Below, in pieces: positions 10,099 to 18,829 of a stretch of DNA of 53,449 nucleotides; position 1 is the stretch's first letter; each line of letters starts with the position of its first letter. The notes beneath the pieces were generated by a model that did not search any database, was not told the origin of the DNA, and saw only the letters and a program-made list of their open reading frames with translations. Position numbers and translations under genes: made by a program. Where the stretch lies: the NCBI GenBank assembly GCA_043812495.1, contig JBDRMG010000001.1, forward strand, positions 1 through 53,449, written 5' to 3'. The stretch comes from Candidatus Omnitrophota bacterium (GTDB taxonomy: Bacteria; Omnitrophota; Gorgyraeia; Zapsychrales; JBDRMG01).

Positions 10099-10968
10099 AT
10101 GGATCAAAAACCCGCGCCCAAAAGAAGAAAACGAACTTTTGCTTTGATTATTCCCCGCTTTGAAGACATTTTTCATTCCTATTATGCCGGCGAGATCATC
10201 AAGGGCGTGGGATATGCCGCCAGCCGTTTGCAAGTGGATATTCTCATGCATATTACCGATCGCTTTGACCACCATGACTGGCTGGAATCGCCCATGCTTG
10301 ATTTGGATTATATTGATGGCCTTATATTTGCCGATATCAATAATGACATCAATATGCTTCGACGGGTCGTGCACAAAGGCATTCCTTATATTGTCCTGAA
10401 TAACCATTTCGAAGAGCCGATCAATTGCATCTCGATTGATAATAAGCAGGCGGCCTTTGACGTGGTGGAATATTTGATTAAGCGCGGACATAAACGCATT
10501 GCCACGATTGCCGGGGATCTTTCAACGCAGGCCGGCAAATTTCGCCTGGAAGGATACAAAGAAGCCCTTCATCATAACAATGTTCCTTTAATCGAAGAAT
10601 ATCTGACGACTGGGGATTTTTTGCGCACGCCTGCGCGAAAATCCGCCGAGCGATTGATTCAGCTTAAGAACAGGCCCACCGCTATATTTGCCGCTTCGGA
10701 TGTCATGGCTATGGAGTTGATTCATGAAGCGAACGCGCGCGGGGTCAAAATCCCCGACGATATTTCCGTTGTTGGGTTTGACGACAATCCGTTGAATAGT
10801 TATTGCTCGGTGAAATTAACGACCGTGGGACAGCCTTTATCCGAAATGGCCCGCATGGGAATCGAGCATCTGAATCAAATCATCAATCGTACGGCTAAGA
10901 TTCCCGTGAAGATTCTTCTGAAGACCAATTTTGTTGAACGTGATTCCGTTAAAGACATTTCTGTTTAA
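10099..10968 (+). CDS. LacI/GalR-family ligand-binding domain protein without HTH
   Basis: IDNKQAA, GHKRIA, RLEGY, PTAIFAASD, IPDDISVVGFDD, LTTV; starts directly at the hinge region. Confidence 0.85.
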   Translation: MDQKPAPKRRKRTFALIIPRFEDIFHSYYAGEIIKGVGYAASRLQVDILMHITDRFDHHDWLESPMLDLDYIDGLIFADINNDINMLRRVVHKGIPYIVLNNHFEEPINCISIDNKQAAFDVVEYLIKRGHKRIATIAGDLSTQAGKFRLEGYKEALHHNNVPLIEEYLTTGDFLRTPARKSAERLIQLKNRPTAIFAASDVMAMELIHEANARGVKIPDDISVVGFDDNPLNSYCSVKLTTVGQPLSEMARMGIEHLNQIINRTAKIPVKILLKTNFVERDSVKDISV

Positions 10969-11068
10969 TGAGGTCTGCACTTATGGATGCCGCGCCAAAG
11001 GCGGGGCAGAACATAAGTGCATGACCGAATTAACCCCCACACCAATTATTTCATAATTGGTGTGGGGG
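10968..11068 (+). repeat. Two-hairpin ATGA/GAATT element, copy 1
   Basis: ATGA-GGTC..GCACTTATG..CATAAGTGC..GACC-GAATTAA-CCCCCACACCAATT..AATTGGTGTGGGGG. Confidence 0.8.
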
Positions 11069-11137
11069 AAAAACAAATACAATTATAATTTTTCAATCTG
11101 TAAATTATTTGTAGTCCACCCCTAAACGGAGACGCCC

Positions 11138-11659
11138 ATGAAAAAAAACGAATTAAAGAAAATCATTCGCGATGTCCCTGATTTTCCCAAAGAAGGGATT
11201 ATTTTTAAGGACATTACAACCTTGCTGAATGACAAGGACGCTTTTAAGAAAGCGGTGGATTTGCTGGCCAAAAATTATCGCAAAGAAAATATCGATCAGG
11301 TTGTGTCGGTGGAATCCCGGGGGTTTATTTTTGGTGCAGCCCTGGCTTATAAGTTGAAAGCAGGTTTTGTTCCGGTTCGCAAAAAAGGAAAGCTTCCCTA
11401 CAAAACCAAAAGTGTGACGTATGATTTGGAATACGGGACAGATACGCTCGAGATTCATCAAGATGCGATTAAGCCCAATGCCCGCGTCTTAATCGTGGAT
11501 GATCTTTTGGCGACCGGAGGAACCGTTAAAGCCGTGACCGAGCTTTTGAAGGAATTGCAAGCCAAGGTTGTCGGCATAGCCTTTTTGGTTGAGTTACGGT
11601 TTTTAAAAGGGAAGAAGAAGTTGGCGGGTTTTCCTTTATACTCAGTGATTAAGTTTTAA
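11138..11659 (+). CDS. apt: Adenine phosphoribosyltransferase
   Basis: [47 protein letters not shown]. Confidence 0.97.
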   Translation: MKKNELKKIIRDVPDFPKEGIIFKDITTLLNDKDAFKKAVDLLAKNYRKENIDQVVSVESRGFIFGAALAYKLKAGFVPVRKKGKLPYKTKSVTYDLEYGTDTLEIHQDAIKPNARVLIVDDLLATGGTVKAVTELLKELQAKVVGIAFLVELRFLKGKKKLAGFPLYSVIKF

Positions 11660-11674
11660 GGATATTAATAATTG

Positions 11675-11733
11675 TTGCGCCTACCCCGACATTCACTCAA
11701 AACTGGATATTGAGGATGTCGGGGTTGGCGCAA
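11675..11733. repeat. Hairpin closed by tRNA-acceptor-like arms; possible apt terminator
   Basis: TTGCGCCTA-CCCCGACAT..ATGTCGGGG-TTGGCGCAA followed by ATTTTT. Confidence 0.55.
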
Positions 11734-11763
11734 ATTTTTCTCATAAAGAAATTAAGGAAATTT

Positions 11764-11877
11764 GCGCCTATAGCTTCCCGACGCCCCGCCGAAGGCGAGG
11801 GTCGGGACTCCGACTTCCGACTTTCGCATCTTCGAGAAAAGCATTCTATGTGAAAGTCGGAACGTCGGAGCAGATGG
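11764..11877 (+). pseudogene. 5' fragment of tRNA-Arg interrupted by a CCGAC/GTCGG double hairpin
   Basis: GCGCCTATAGCT (11764-11775) + 95-nt insert + CAGATGG (11871-11877) reconstitutes the first 19 nt of the tRNA at 11962. Confidence 0.7.
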
Positions 11878-11961
11878 TTCTTCTTTTTGAGAAATTTAGA
11901 AATCAAAGCGTTGGTCGCTGAATAAATTACTCAAGATCTTGCAGATCTTTTTAAGACTATT

Positions 11962-12035
11962 GCGCCTATAGCTCAGATGGATAGAGCGGCTGCCTCCTAA
12001 GCAGTAGGTGACCCGTTCGAATCGGGTTAGGCGCA
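11962..12035 (+). tRNA. tRNA-Arg(CCT)
   Basis: Cloverleaf: acceptor GCGCCTA/TAGGCGC, D arm GCTC/GAGC, anticodon stem GCTGC-ctCCTaa-GCAGT, T arm ACCCG-TTCGAAT-CGGGT; CCA not encoded. Confidence 0.97.
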
Positions 12036-12076
12036 TTGATATTTTAACCTTATGATTTATCAAATGATGCTGCCGG

Positions 12077-12144
12077 TCCCGACATTCCAGCGAAGCTGGA
12101 AGTCGGGATTCCGACTTCTGATGATTTTTATCAGAATGTCGGAA
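12077..12144. repeat. CCGAC/GTCGG double hairpin, second copy
   Basis: TCCCGAC..GTCGGGA immediately followed by TTCCGACTTC..GAATGTCGGAA; same layout as 11776-11870. Confidence 0.75.
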
Positions 12145-12267
12145 CGTGGGTGGTTTCCCTCGCCTGTCTAACGACAGGCTCGGGATTAATTCCGGCAACA
12201 ACTTATATTCTTCCGACTTTGTCGGAATCCATAAGTTGTGCCGTCATTAAGAGTCCACCTAGGCGCA
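12145..12267 (+). pseudogene. 3' tRNA fragment (T arm + acceptor strand) interrupted in the T loop
   Basis: GGTGG-TT [insert about 12156-12250] GAGT-CCACC-TAGGCGCA; acceptor 3' strand identical to the intact tRNA. Confidence 0.6.
12156..12247 (-). repeat. Two-hairpin ATGA/GAATT element, copy 2
   Basis: Minus strand: ATGA-CGGCACAACTTATGG..ATATAAGTTGTTGCCG-GAATTAA-TCCCGAGCCTGTC..GACAGGCGAGGGA. Confidence 0.75.
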
Positions 12268-12270
12268 TAA

Positions 12271-12393
12271 ATGAGCACGTGAGTTACGGCGTTTTGACTT
12301 TAAGTTGAAGCGCCGTAACTCACAGGTGCGAATTTACCCCCACACCAATTATTGTTCCAATACTAAATAGATTAAATTGGTGTGGGGGTAAAT
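12271..12393 (+). repeat. Two-hairpin ATGA/GAATT element, copy 3
   Basis: ATGA-GCAC-GTGAGTTACGGCG..CGCCGTAACTCAC-AG-GTGC-GAATTTA-CCCCCACACCAATT..AATTGGTGTGGGGGTAAAT. Confidence 0.8.
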
Positions 12394-12427
12394 AAAAGAT
12401 CTCAAGGCTTAAAAGGCTTCCAATCCC

Positions 12428-14815
12428 ATGCGAAATATTGCCCTATCGCTGATAGCCCTTCTTGTTATTGTCTTTATAACCTTTTCTCCCTGCCTTAAAA
12501 ATGATTTTGTAAACTGGGATGATGGTCCTCATCTTTTTGAGAATATCGATGTCAGATATCTTTCTCTTGAGACCCTCAGCGATATCTTTACAAATACTGT
12601 TAATAAGACATATATTCCTCTCACAACACTCTCTTTTGCACTGGAATGGCAATTTTCTAAAGATGACCCTTTTATTTACCATCTCAACAATGTTATTTTG
12701 CATGTTTTGACAGTCGCTTTGGTGTTTATTTTTTGCCTTCAAATTGGGCTTTCGTGCGCTGCGGCATTTGTCGCCGCTTTACTTTTCGGTATTCATCCCA
12801 TGCGCGTTGAGTCCGTGGCCTGGGTTACGGAACGAAAAGATGTTTTATATGCCTTCTTTTATATGGCCAGTTTGTGCTGTTATTGGCGTTATCGTCAAAC
12901 GAAGAACAAAACAATCTTTTTAGCAACGATGATATTTGGTTTTTTGAGCATTTTGGCCAAGGCTATGGCTTTAAGCCTGCCGCTTATATTTCTTCTCTGC
13001 GACTGGTTTTATGGTCGTAGAATGACCATAAAAGTTTTCTTAGAAAAAATTTCTCATTTTCTCTACGTTGCCCCAATCGCATGGATCACTTACAGCTTAA
13101 ATGCCCGTGTCCCCATTAAAAATATCGGCGAGGCGATTCTTATTTGGCCGTGGACATTTATGTTCTATATTCAGAAGTTCTTTGCACCCAACATCCTGGT
13201 TCCCATTTATGATTTACCCAAGCCTGTTTCTCTCACAAACCCTTCCTTCTTAACGTCGACGGTTTTGTTTATCGTCATGTTTGCTGTCGTCATTTTTTAT
13301 CGAAAAAATCGCTGGCTGATCTTTAGTTTCGGATTTTATTTCTTATCGATCTTTTTTTTGTGCCGATTTGATTATGGTATGGATGCGAATGTCGTGGCGG
13401 ATCGCTGGATGTATTTACCAAGTTTGGGATTTTGTATTTTGATTGGGTATTATGCAATCAAAATATGGGATAAGGTTAAATTTAAGAAAAGGGGAATCTT
13501 CGTATTGGGTGGCTTAATAGCAATCGCCCTCGCCTTTCTTTCCTTCCAAGCATTTCGACAATGCACGATTTGGAGAAACGGCGAGACGCTATGGAAGCAT
13601 CAACTAAAATACTATCCCAACACAACGCATGCATTAAATAATTTGGCCACCTTGTATAGCGAAACAGATGAGTACAAGACCGTCTTGCAAAATCACCTCA
13701 ATAAAATGAAAGAGGAAGGAATTGATTCATTTGATGTTCGCTACTTTGAAGACAAGAGAGATCTGGTGGCTCAGGTTGTCCAAATGTACCTGAAGGCTAT
13801 GAAAATTGATCCAAATTTTGTCGATGCCCGTCAGAATTTCGGCGTTATTTTGAGCATGGACTTTTACAGCCCCGAAAAAGCCGTTCCTTTTTTTCAGGAC
13901 GTTCTCGCGCTTGATGAAGATTTTAAAGATGCCCACTATAAACTTGCCGGGGCTTACTTGCAATTGGGTAAATTCGATCAGTGCGTTAGTCAGCTCAATA
14001 AGCTCATAGAGCTTTATCCAGACAATGAAGATGTTTACATTGCTGTCATAACTTTTTATACTAGGGCCATTGAAGATGGAGTTTCGATTGATGCTTTTCA
14101 AAAAGAGCGTCAGAAGATCTTTGATCTTTACAATAACCTTATTAAAAACAGACCTCCTCGCTCACGATTCCGTTATAATCTGGGACACCTTTATTATCTG
14201 GCCGGTGATGGCGATCGAGCTTTAAGAGAATTTCAGGCAGCCCTTGCCGTTAATCCAAAACATATCAATTCACTTTTTGGCCTTGCCAACATTTACAAAC
14301 TGCAAGGTCAATTAGTTCAAGCGGTTGACTATTACAAGAAAGTGATCGCTCTAGATAAAGAACACGAAGGTGCCTACTTGAATTTGGGAAATTGCTACGA
14401 GCGGTTAAACAAGCCTTATGAAGCAATCGAGAACTATGCTAGGCTTCTTGAGATCCAGCCAAACAACGCAAGCGCTGCTTTCAATATGGGTCTTGCTTAT
14501 CTCAATTTGAATGAGCCGGAAAAAGCCATGCAATTTTTCGAAAAAGCCGTTAATGATGATCCCAAATTAGCCGAAGCTTATTATAATCTTGGGAATATTT
14601 ATGCCTTAAGGCAAGATTTCCTGAAGGCAGAAAACTTTTACCGTGAAGCCTTAAAAGCTGACCCCAAGCATTTAAATGCAACCATTAATTTTTCAAGTGT
14701 TTCGTATTATCAGGGTAATTTTGCGAAAGCCCTTGAGTATCTTAATGAAGCCCAGGAGCTTGGCTATGAGGCACCGAACGAGTATTTGCAAGCCCTAAAG
14801 GAGAAGCTGAAGTAA
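12428..14815 (+). CDS. TMTC-like GT-C membrane glycosyltransferase with C-terminal TPR array
   Basis: FVNWDD, Y.PLT, YHL.N..LH, HPMRVESVAWVTERKD, ADRWMYLP, then multiple TPRs (AYYNLG, YLNLG). Confidence 0.85.
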   Translation: MRNIALSLIALLVIVFITFSPCLKNDFVNWDDGPHLFENIDVRYLSLETLSDIFTNTVNKTYIPLTTLSFALEWQFSKDDPFIYHLNNVILHVLTVALVFIFCLQIGLSCAAAFVAALLFGIHPMRVESVAWVTERKDVLYAFFYMASLCCYWRYRQTKNKTIFLATMIFGFLSILAKAMALSLPLIFLLCDWFYGRRMTIKVFLEKISHFLYVAPIAWITYSLNARVPIKNIGEAILIWPWTFMFYIQKFFAPNILVPIYDLPKPVSLTNPSFLTSTVLFIVMFAVVIFYRKNRWLIFSFGFYFLSIFFLCRFDYGMDANVVADRWMYLPSLGFCILIGYYAIKIWDKVKFKKRGIFVLGGLIAIALAFLSFQAFRQCTIWRNGETLWKHQLKYYPNTTHALNNLATLYSETDEYKTVLQNHLNKMKEEGIDSFDVRYFEDKRDLVAQVVQMYLKAMKIDPNFVDARQNFGVILSMDFYSPEKAVPFFQDVLALDEDFKDAHYKLAGAYLQLGKFDQCVSQLNKLIELYPDNEDVYIAVITFYTRAIEDGVSIDAFQKERQKIFDLYNNLIKNRPPRSRFRYNLGHLYYLAGDGDRALREFQAALAVNPKHINSLFGLANIYKLQGQLVQAVDYYKKVIALDKEHEGAYLNLGNCYERLNKPYEAIENYARLLEIQPNNASAAFNMGLAYLNLNEPEKAMQFFEKAVNDDPKLAEAYYNLGNIYALRQDFLKAENFYREALKADPKHLNATINFSSVSYYQGNFAKALEYLNEAQELGYEAPNEYLQALKEKLK

Positions 14816-14867
14816 TTTCTGAAATTGTTGAATTTTTAAGGAAATAGTAAAATTTTAATTTGGTGTT

Positions 14868-14938
14868 CCCCGAGTCCGCCACAAACTTTGGCGGACTCGG
14901 GGTCAATTCGTCCGCCACTGATTCAATGGCGGGCTCAT
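14868..14938 (-). repeat. Two-hairpin ATGA/GAATT element, copy 4
   Basis: Minus strand: ATGA-G-CCCGCCATTGAATCAGTGGCGGA-C-GAATTGA-CCCCGAGTCCGCCA..TGGCGGACTCGGGG. Confidence 0.8.
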
Positions 14939-15040
14939 TGAAGTGAAATTTCAGTGAATTTCTGGTTTCCGTCTTGTTTTCTAATAAAAATATCCTAAAT
15001 ATTTAGATTCTATGGGGTTCCAAAAAAAATGCAAAAAAAC

Positions 15041-15069
15041 TTGACATACACTATGTTCTATAAGAAAAT
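15041..15069 (+). promoter_or_regulatory. Putative sigma-70 promoter for the porin gene
   Basis: TTGACA-17 nt-GAAAAT preceded by A-tracts (UP-element-like). Confidence 0.5.
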
Positions 15070-15239
15070 ACACCTACATTAAATCCAGAGATAATTTCAA
15101 TCGGACGCTAAAGGAGGTGAGGAAAAAAAGCAGTCGGAGATTATCAAATATCTGGAATTTCACTTGATAAATCCTAGTTAAACTAGATGAAACTATAAAT
15201 TAGGTTAAACATTATTTATTAATTATAGGAGGAAAATAA

Positions 15240-16649
15240 ATGAGTCGACGTATACTACTTGCACTAGCGCTGGTGGCCTTCATGGCTTTACCGGCTTCTG
15301 CAGCTGTCCAGAACGTCAAGGTCAGCGGCAGTATTGATTCGACATGGCTCGTTCGGGATAACTTTGATCTCGGTAAAGAAACGGGTCATGACTTCTATCA
15401 AAACCTCCTCATTACGCAATCTATTCTCCGCATTGATGCTGATTTAACAGACAATGTGTCTGCTGTTATTCAGTTGATTAATGAAAGAGAATGGGGCGAT
15501 GAGGATGAAACCGCAACCAGTGGCGCTCCCAACACAACAGAAGTTGATATCGACCTAGCCTATGTCACATTAAGGGAAATGCTTTATTCTCCCTTAACGG
15601 TTATTATTGGTCGTCAGATCTTGAGATACGGCAATGCTTTTATTATTGGTGACATCAAAACGAATAATGCTACGGCTGGACGTCTTAGCGTTGTTGCTGA
15701 TGATCTCAGCAAGAGAAAAGCATTTGATGCTGTTAGAGCGATCTTAGATTATGATCCTTTGACGGTAGACCTTATCGCAGCTAGAGTTGATGAAAATTCC
15801 ACTTTAGGCAGAATCAATAAGAATGATGTCAATCTGTTTGGTATCAATACAAACTGGAAACTTCAAGATGAAAGAAACTCTGATGTTGAAGCGTACTTCT
15901 TTGCGAAAATTGATAGGTCTGTTGAGAATAATGTTTCTGGAGCTGCCGCAGACACTGTCTATACACCTGGTTTAAGAGTTGCTTCAAATCCAATTGATAA
16001 TTTGTATACTTCAGCAGAAATCGCATGGCAATTTGGAAATAAAACGCATGCAGCTGCAACAACCTCTCCTGATAACCTCAGAAGAGACGCTATGGGTCTT
16101 CAGTTGATTTCAAGCTATGCGATTCCTCTTGAAGCGGTTGCTAAGTATAGCCCGGTGTTTAGTAGTTCTTATACATTGGTAACCGGTGACAGCAATCCAA
16201 CTGACTTGCGACATGTTAGTCAGGGTTCAAGAAATGTTTACACAGCCTGGGATCCTATGTTTGAAGATCAAGGAGGCGGAACAATCTACAACTCGATTAT
16301 GGATCTGTCAAACTGCCAGGTCTACAACTCAGCTCTTCAATTTGTACCTTTCGAAGACATTACAGCTAAGTTATCTTATACGACTCTTTATTTGGATAAG
16401 GAGTTTGATAATGCTGCTGGCACATCAACTTGGGCGCGCACATCACCTGATGGCGTAGGACAAACTTATAATATTAATGTGGAAGAAGATCATCTTGGTT
16501 ATGAAGTCGATGTGGATCTTATGTATGATTATACAGAAGATGTCCAAATCGGTTTCAGCGCAGGATGGTTTGTACCTGGCGACGTTTTTCACGAATCCAA
16601 TGATGAAGTTGCCAAACAATTCCTCACCAACGTGAATGTGAACTTCTAA
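15240..16649 (+). CDS. Alginate-export-family-like outer-membrane beta-barrel, likely a major porin
   Basis: Signal peptide (..PASA-AV), alternating beta strands, IGRQ..YG, C-terminal VNVNF, strong SD AGGAGG, own terminator. Confidence 0.8.
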   Translation: MSRRILLALALVAFMALPASAAVQNVKVSGSIDSTWLVRDNFDLGKETGHDFYQNLLITQSILRIDADLTDNVSAVIQLINEREWGDEDETATSGAPNTTEVDIDLAYVTLREMLYSPLTVIIGRQILRYGNAFIIGDIKTNNATAGRLSVVADDLSKRKAFDAVRAILDYDPLTVDLIAARVDENSTLGRINKNDVNLFGINTNWKLQDERNSDVEAYFFAKIDRSVENNVSGAAADTVYTPGLRVASNPIDNLYTSAEIAWQFGNKTHAAATTSPDNLRRDAMGLQLISSYAIPLEAVAKYSPVFSSSYTLVTGDSNPTDLRHVSQGSRNVYTAWDPMFEDQGGGTIYNSIMDLSNCQVYNSALQFVPFEDITAKLSYTTLYLDKEFDNAAGTSTWARTSPDGVGQTYNINVEEDHLGYEVDVDLMYDYTEDVQIGFSAGWFVPGDVFHESNDEVAKQFLTNVNVNF

Positions 16650-16660
16650 GCTAGCGAATT

Positions 16661-16704
16661 AGAAAAAGCCCCCGCCATTGATATTCAGTGGCGGGGGCTT
16701 TTCT
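16661..16704. terminator. Bidirectional Rho-independent terminator built on a CCGCCAY..RTGGCGG palindrome
   Basis: AGAAAAAGCCCCCGCCATTGA-tat-TCAGTGGCGGGGCTTTTTCT. Confidence 0.85.
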
Positions 16705-16890
16705 ATTGATTGAGAATTTTCTGCGTTGCCCAATTTCTGATTCCGTCGGAAAATCTCCGAAACCCTGTTAAAAATAGTTAAAATATTTCTTCCATAGTAC
16801 AATTTCTTTGATAAGATAAGTTTAATACTTTAGAAAAATACTATATATAGTATTTATTGGTAAAAGATTTTTGTCAACTTGTAACATATT

Positions 16891-17481
16891 ATGAATAAAG
16901 AGCATATGACCAAGAGTGAAATATATGAGCATCTGGCGCGTGTGTATATCGGCAAATCGGAGAAAGCCGAGCCTCAAAGAAGAAAACGGTTCAATATCAA
17001 AATTTTTAAGCAAGCCTTGCTCACAATAATATTTGTGACTCTGAGCTTCTATGGTTTGACCGCTTTTTTATCGCATCGTAACGGTTCGCTTGATCATCAA
17101 ATCATTTTTGCCTTAACGAATAGTCCGATACGTATACCCTATAATTTAAATAGTCCTTATCCGCAGATTAAAAGTTTTTCCATTCCTATTCCGAAGACCG
17201 ATGCTTTGAAATACAATGAGCTACGTTTTTCCGTGCGCGCCCTCGAAGAAGGCACGCCGGGCACCATGAAAATTATTCTAAGAAATCGCAAGAATGAAGC
17301 ATCGTTTTATTTTATAGAGGGAATTGATCTCAAATGGAAAAAGGTGAGTATTCCGCTCAAACAATTTGAAGCCATTACGGATTGGACTAATCTTAGCGAT
17401 GTTTCCTTTGTTCTGGAGGCCTGGAATGCCAAAAAGAAAAAAGGAATCATCTTAATCGATGATGTGTGTTTTTCTGGATAA
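16891..17481 (+). CDS. Single-TM protein with CBM11/CIA30-like carbohydrate-binding domain
   Basis: Basic N-terminus, one TM, LRFSVR..WKKVSIPLKQF..DW..VSFV..GIILIDDVCF. Confidence 0.65.
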   Translation: MNKEHMTKSEIYEHLARVYIGKSEKAEPQRRKRFNIKIFKQALLTIIFVTLSFYGLTAFLSHRNGSLDHQIIFALTNSPIRIPYNLNSPYPQIKSFSIPIPKTDALKYNELRFSVRALEEGTPGTMKIILRNRKNEASFYFIEGIDLKWKKVSIPLKQFEAITDWTNLSDVSFVLEAWNAKKKKGIILIDDVCFSG

Positions 17482-17486
17482 ATTAC

Positions 17487-17543
17487 TCCGCCACTTGCCT
17501 CGCCACTTTTTTATAAAAGCAAGAAAAGAGGCAAGTGGCGGGG
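17487..17543. repeat. CCGCCAC/GTGGCGG hairpin
   Basis: CTCCGCCACTTGCCTC..GAGGCAAGTGGCGGGG. Confidence 0.65.
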
Positions 17544-17546
17544 AAA

Positions 17547-17716
17547 TTTACCCCCACACCAATTTGACATGAAACGCTAAGCTTGAAAAAAACGGTCTTA
17601 TTGTGTCTAAACCATTAATTAAAAATGTTCCCATGCAGTCAAATTGGTGTGGGGGTTCAATTCATACACGAACTTATGTTCGCTCGTTTCACTCGCTCCA
17701 TAAGTTCGGCATTCAT
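17547..17716 (-). repeat. Two-hairpin ATGA/GAATT element, copy 5 (expanded second loop)
   Basis: Minus strand: ATGA-ATGCCGAACTTATGG..AACATAAGTTCGTGTAT-GAATTGA-ACCCCCACACCAATTTGAC..GTCAAATTGGTGTGGGGG. Confidence 0.8.
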
Positions 17717-17734
17717 TGAAGGAGGTTCAAAGAT

Positions 17735-18819
17735 ATGCCAATCATTACCATAGCAAATCAAAAGGGAGGATGCGGTAAAACAACAACCGCCATCAGCCTC
17801 GCGGCAGCATTGGCAGCCAACGATCGCAAAGTTCTTCTGATTGATTTAGATCCGCAGGCGCATGCGTCGCTGGGCTTAAACGTAGAATCCCAAGAAAGTA
17901 TTTATAACTGTATTTCCAAGTTGACGCCCAGAAAATTACACATCCAAGACATTATTCAGCGCGTCGACGACGGCTTTGACCTTGTGCCTTCCAATATTCT
18001 CCTCGGAACGCTTGAACAAGAACTGACGGATGAAATCGGCCGCGAATTGAAGTTAACAGAAAGCCTACAGCCGATTAAAGATAATTATGATTACATTTTG
18101 ATTGATTGCCCGCCGCATTTAGGCTTTTTGTCTATTAATTCCATACGCGCGAGCGATCTTGTCATCGTCCCTGTTGAACCTAGCCGTTTTGCGATGCATG
18201 GGCTCGAGCGCTTGATTGATATTGTCAATCTCATCCGTGAACGGTTGAGTCATCCGGTCAATTATCGCGTCCTCATCACTATGTTCGATTCACGCTTAAG
18301 GCATTCCTTTGTGATGCTTGAAGAAATTCGTCGAAAACATTCTCAAAACCTATTTAATTCCATTATCCATTCAAATGTAAAATTTAAAGAAGCCGCGCAA
18401 AACGGAAAATCCGTCATCGTCACGATAAATATTGCCGCGGAGCCAAGGATTACTATTCTTTCGCCAAAGAATTGTTATGCAATTATAATGATACAAGAAT
18501 TGTTTTTAAGCCTTTGTCCCGTCGGATGCAAAGAGCACTTCAAGATCATGTGGAGAGCGTTATTCCGGCGACATTTGTCCTCCAGTCACCGGGAGCGCAA
18601 TCGGTTTATGTCACGGGTACCTTTAATGAATGGTCCTTAGGGGAATCCTATCGGATGCAACACGATGGCGATGGCCGTTGGGCTCTTAAAGTTCCGCTTA
18701 AGGCGGGTGTTCACCGTTATCGGTTTATCGTGGACGGCAAATGGCAGGAAGATCCTAATAATCCCTTAAAGGAAAAGAATCCGTTCGGAGACATCAATTC
18801 CTTAATTGAATTAAAATAA
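17735..18819 (+). pseudogene. ParA/Soj-family ATPase fused to a CBM48/AMPK-beta glycogen-binding domain, split by a 1-nt frameshift near 18420 (real lesion or sequencing error)
   Basis: NQKGGCGKTT, DLDPQ, DCPP. The -1 frame from 18421 reads HDKYCRGAKDYYSFAKEL (canonical ParA C-terminus) and runs into VYVTGTFNEW..YRFIVDGKW..DPNNP. Confidence 0.8.
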
Positions 18820-18829
18820 AAATATTCAA

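Noticed and set aside
11776..11870. tRNA intron or split tRNA
   Set aside because: No group I/II or BHB features, the sequence after CAGATGG does not continue as tRNA, and an intact copy is adjacent.
11697..12201. Minus-strand ORFs 11697-11906 and 11896-12201
   Set aside because: They translate palindromic repeats and the antisense of the tRNA.
18395..18430. Programmed -1 frameshift in parA
   Set aside because: No X XXY YYZ heptamer at the junction, and the unshifted product would lack the normal ParA C-terminus; a deletion or sequencing error is simpler.
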